62,246 bases of DNA, from positions 1-62,246 of the forward strand of contig CAYMTT010000001.1 of NCBI GenBank assembly GCA_964393465.1, read 5' to 3'. Under the pieces are notes generated by a model that ran no database searches, was not told the origin of the DNA, and was given only the letters and a program-made list of their open reading frames with translations. Position numbers and translations under genes: made by a program. Positions 62,051-62,246 of this stretch are shown piece by piece. How positions within the stretch are numbered: the first letter of the stretch is position 1; each line of letters opens with the position of its first letter. Source of the DNA: an uncultured Candidatus Saccharibacteria bacterium (GTDB taxonomy: Bacteria; Patescibacteriota; Minisyncoccia; Minisyncoccales; MHMH01).

Positions 62051-62246
62051 TCAAGGCAGGCGGTTAATCAAACTTTGGAAATCGAGCTTTGTCAAAAGCT
62101 CTTCAACCTTTTTTTTGTCGTAGCCTCCCCAAAGGCATCCTTCCAAATTGAAATCCAAAGGCACGTTTTCTTTTATCCTGGCCAGCTCCTTGCTTAAAAA
62201 AGCGTGTTCTTTGCCCCGAACCAGAACTTCCCTCAGTTTATCTTTT
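62051..62246 (-). CDS. C-terminal end of a 5'-3' exonuclease / Pol I N-terminal-domain protein (starts beyond the right edge)
   Basis: The reverse frame reads ...KDKLREVLVRGKEHAFLSKELARIKENVPLDFNLEGCLWGGYDKKKVEELLTKLDFQSLINRLP*, which resembles the end of the Pol I 5'-nuclease domain (SKELATI...LEF.SL). TGA is at 62053-62051. Confidence 0.55.
   Translation of the reverse strand, partial: KDKLREVLVRGKEHAFLSKELARIKENVPLDFNLEGCLWGGYDKKKVEELLTKLDFQSLINRLP

Noticed and set aside
1-62246. CRISPR arrays, transposases, integrases, prophage or defence-system genes, and rRNA operons.
   Set aside because: Reading both strands, I found no spaced direct-repeat array and no ORF with transposase, integrase, Cas, restriction or abortive-infection motifs. 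Non-coding gaps are all under ~200 bp apart from the tmRNA locus.

Overview
This is a compact, gene-dense 62.2-kb bacterial chromosomal segment. I call about 78 CDS, one tRNA-Arg(CCG) and one tmRNA; I found no rRNA, CRISPR array, transposase or integrase. Gaps between genes are usually a few nt, and many junctions are ATGA-type or longer overlaps. About 90% of genes lie on the minus strand. TGA ends well-aligned genes (smpB, PolX, RtcB), so the code is the standard bacterial one. Content is mostly housekeeping:
- Five aminoacyl-tRNA synthetases: leuS, metG, glyQS, ileS, argS.
- tRNA modification: tsaD, tsaC, a ThiI-like PP-loop enzyme, Elp3 and a Trm9-like methyltransferase.
- C1 and amino-sugar metabolism: folD, glyA, glmS, a GlmU-like enzyme.
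- Translation: a plus-strand smpB-ssrA-infC-rpmI-rplT island, plus rpsT.
- DNA/RNA repair, unusually dense: recO, ruvA, uvrB, mutM, holA, PolX, an Ogt-like protein, Nudix, family-4 UDG, endonuclease Q, RtcB and archease.

Small proteins, a DUF5667 surface protein and many archaeal/eukaryote-type families suggest a Patescibacteria (CPR)-like genome; this is inference only.

Most interesting observations:
1. A histidine-phosphatase (PGAM-like) domain with an intact catalytic signature sits inside the isoleucyl-tRNA synthetase ORF.
2. Elp3 and a Trm9-like methyltransferase form a head-to-head pair with overlapping start codons, possibly a eukaryote-type mcm5U34 module.
3. A tightly coupled six-gene operon runs EndoQ, Mth938-like, Memo, AMMECR1, Cys-rich peptide, DUF72, with no radical SAM partner.
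4. The tmRNA 5' end overlaps the smpB stop codon. Its T-loop is non-canonical, and a UUG-initiated infC follows 18 nt after its 3' end.
5. A lone PurF-like enzyme has an altered PRPP loop.

All functional calls rest on motifs read by eye. No database search was run.
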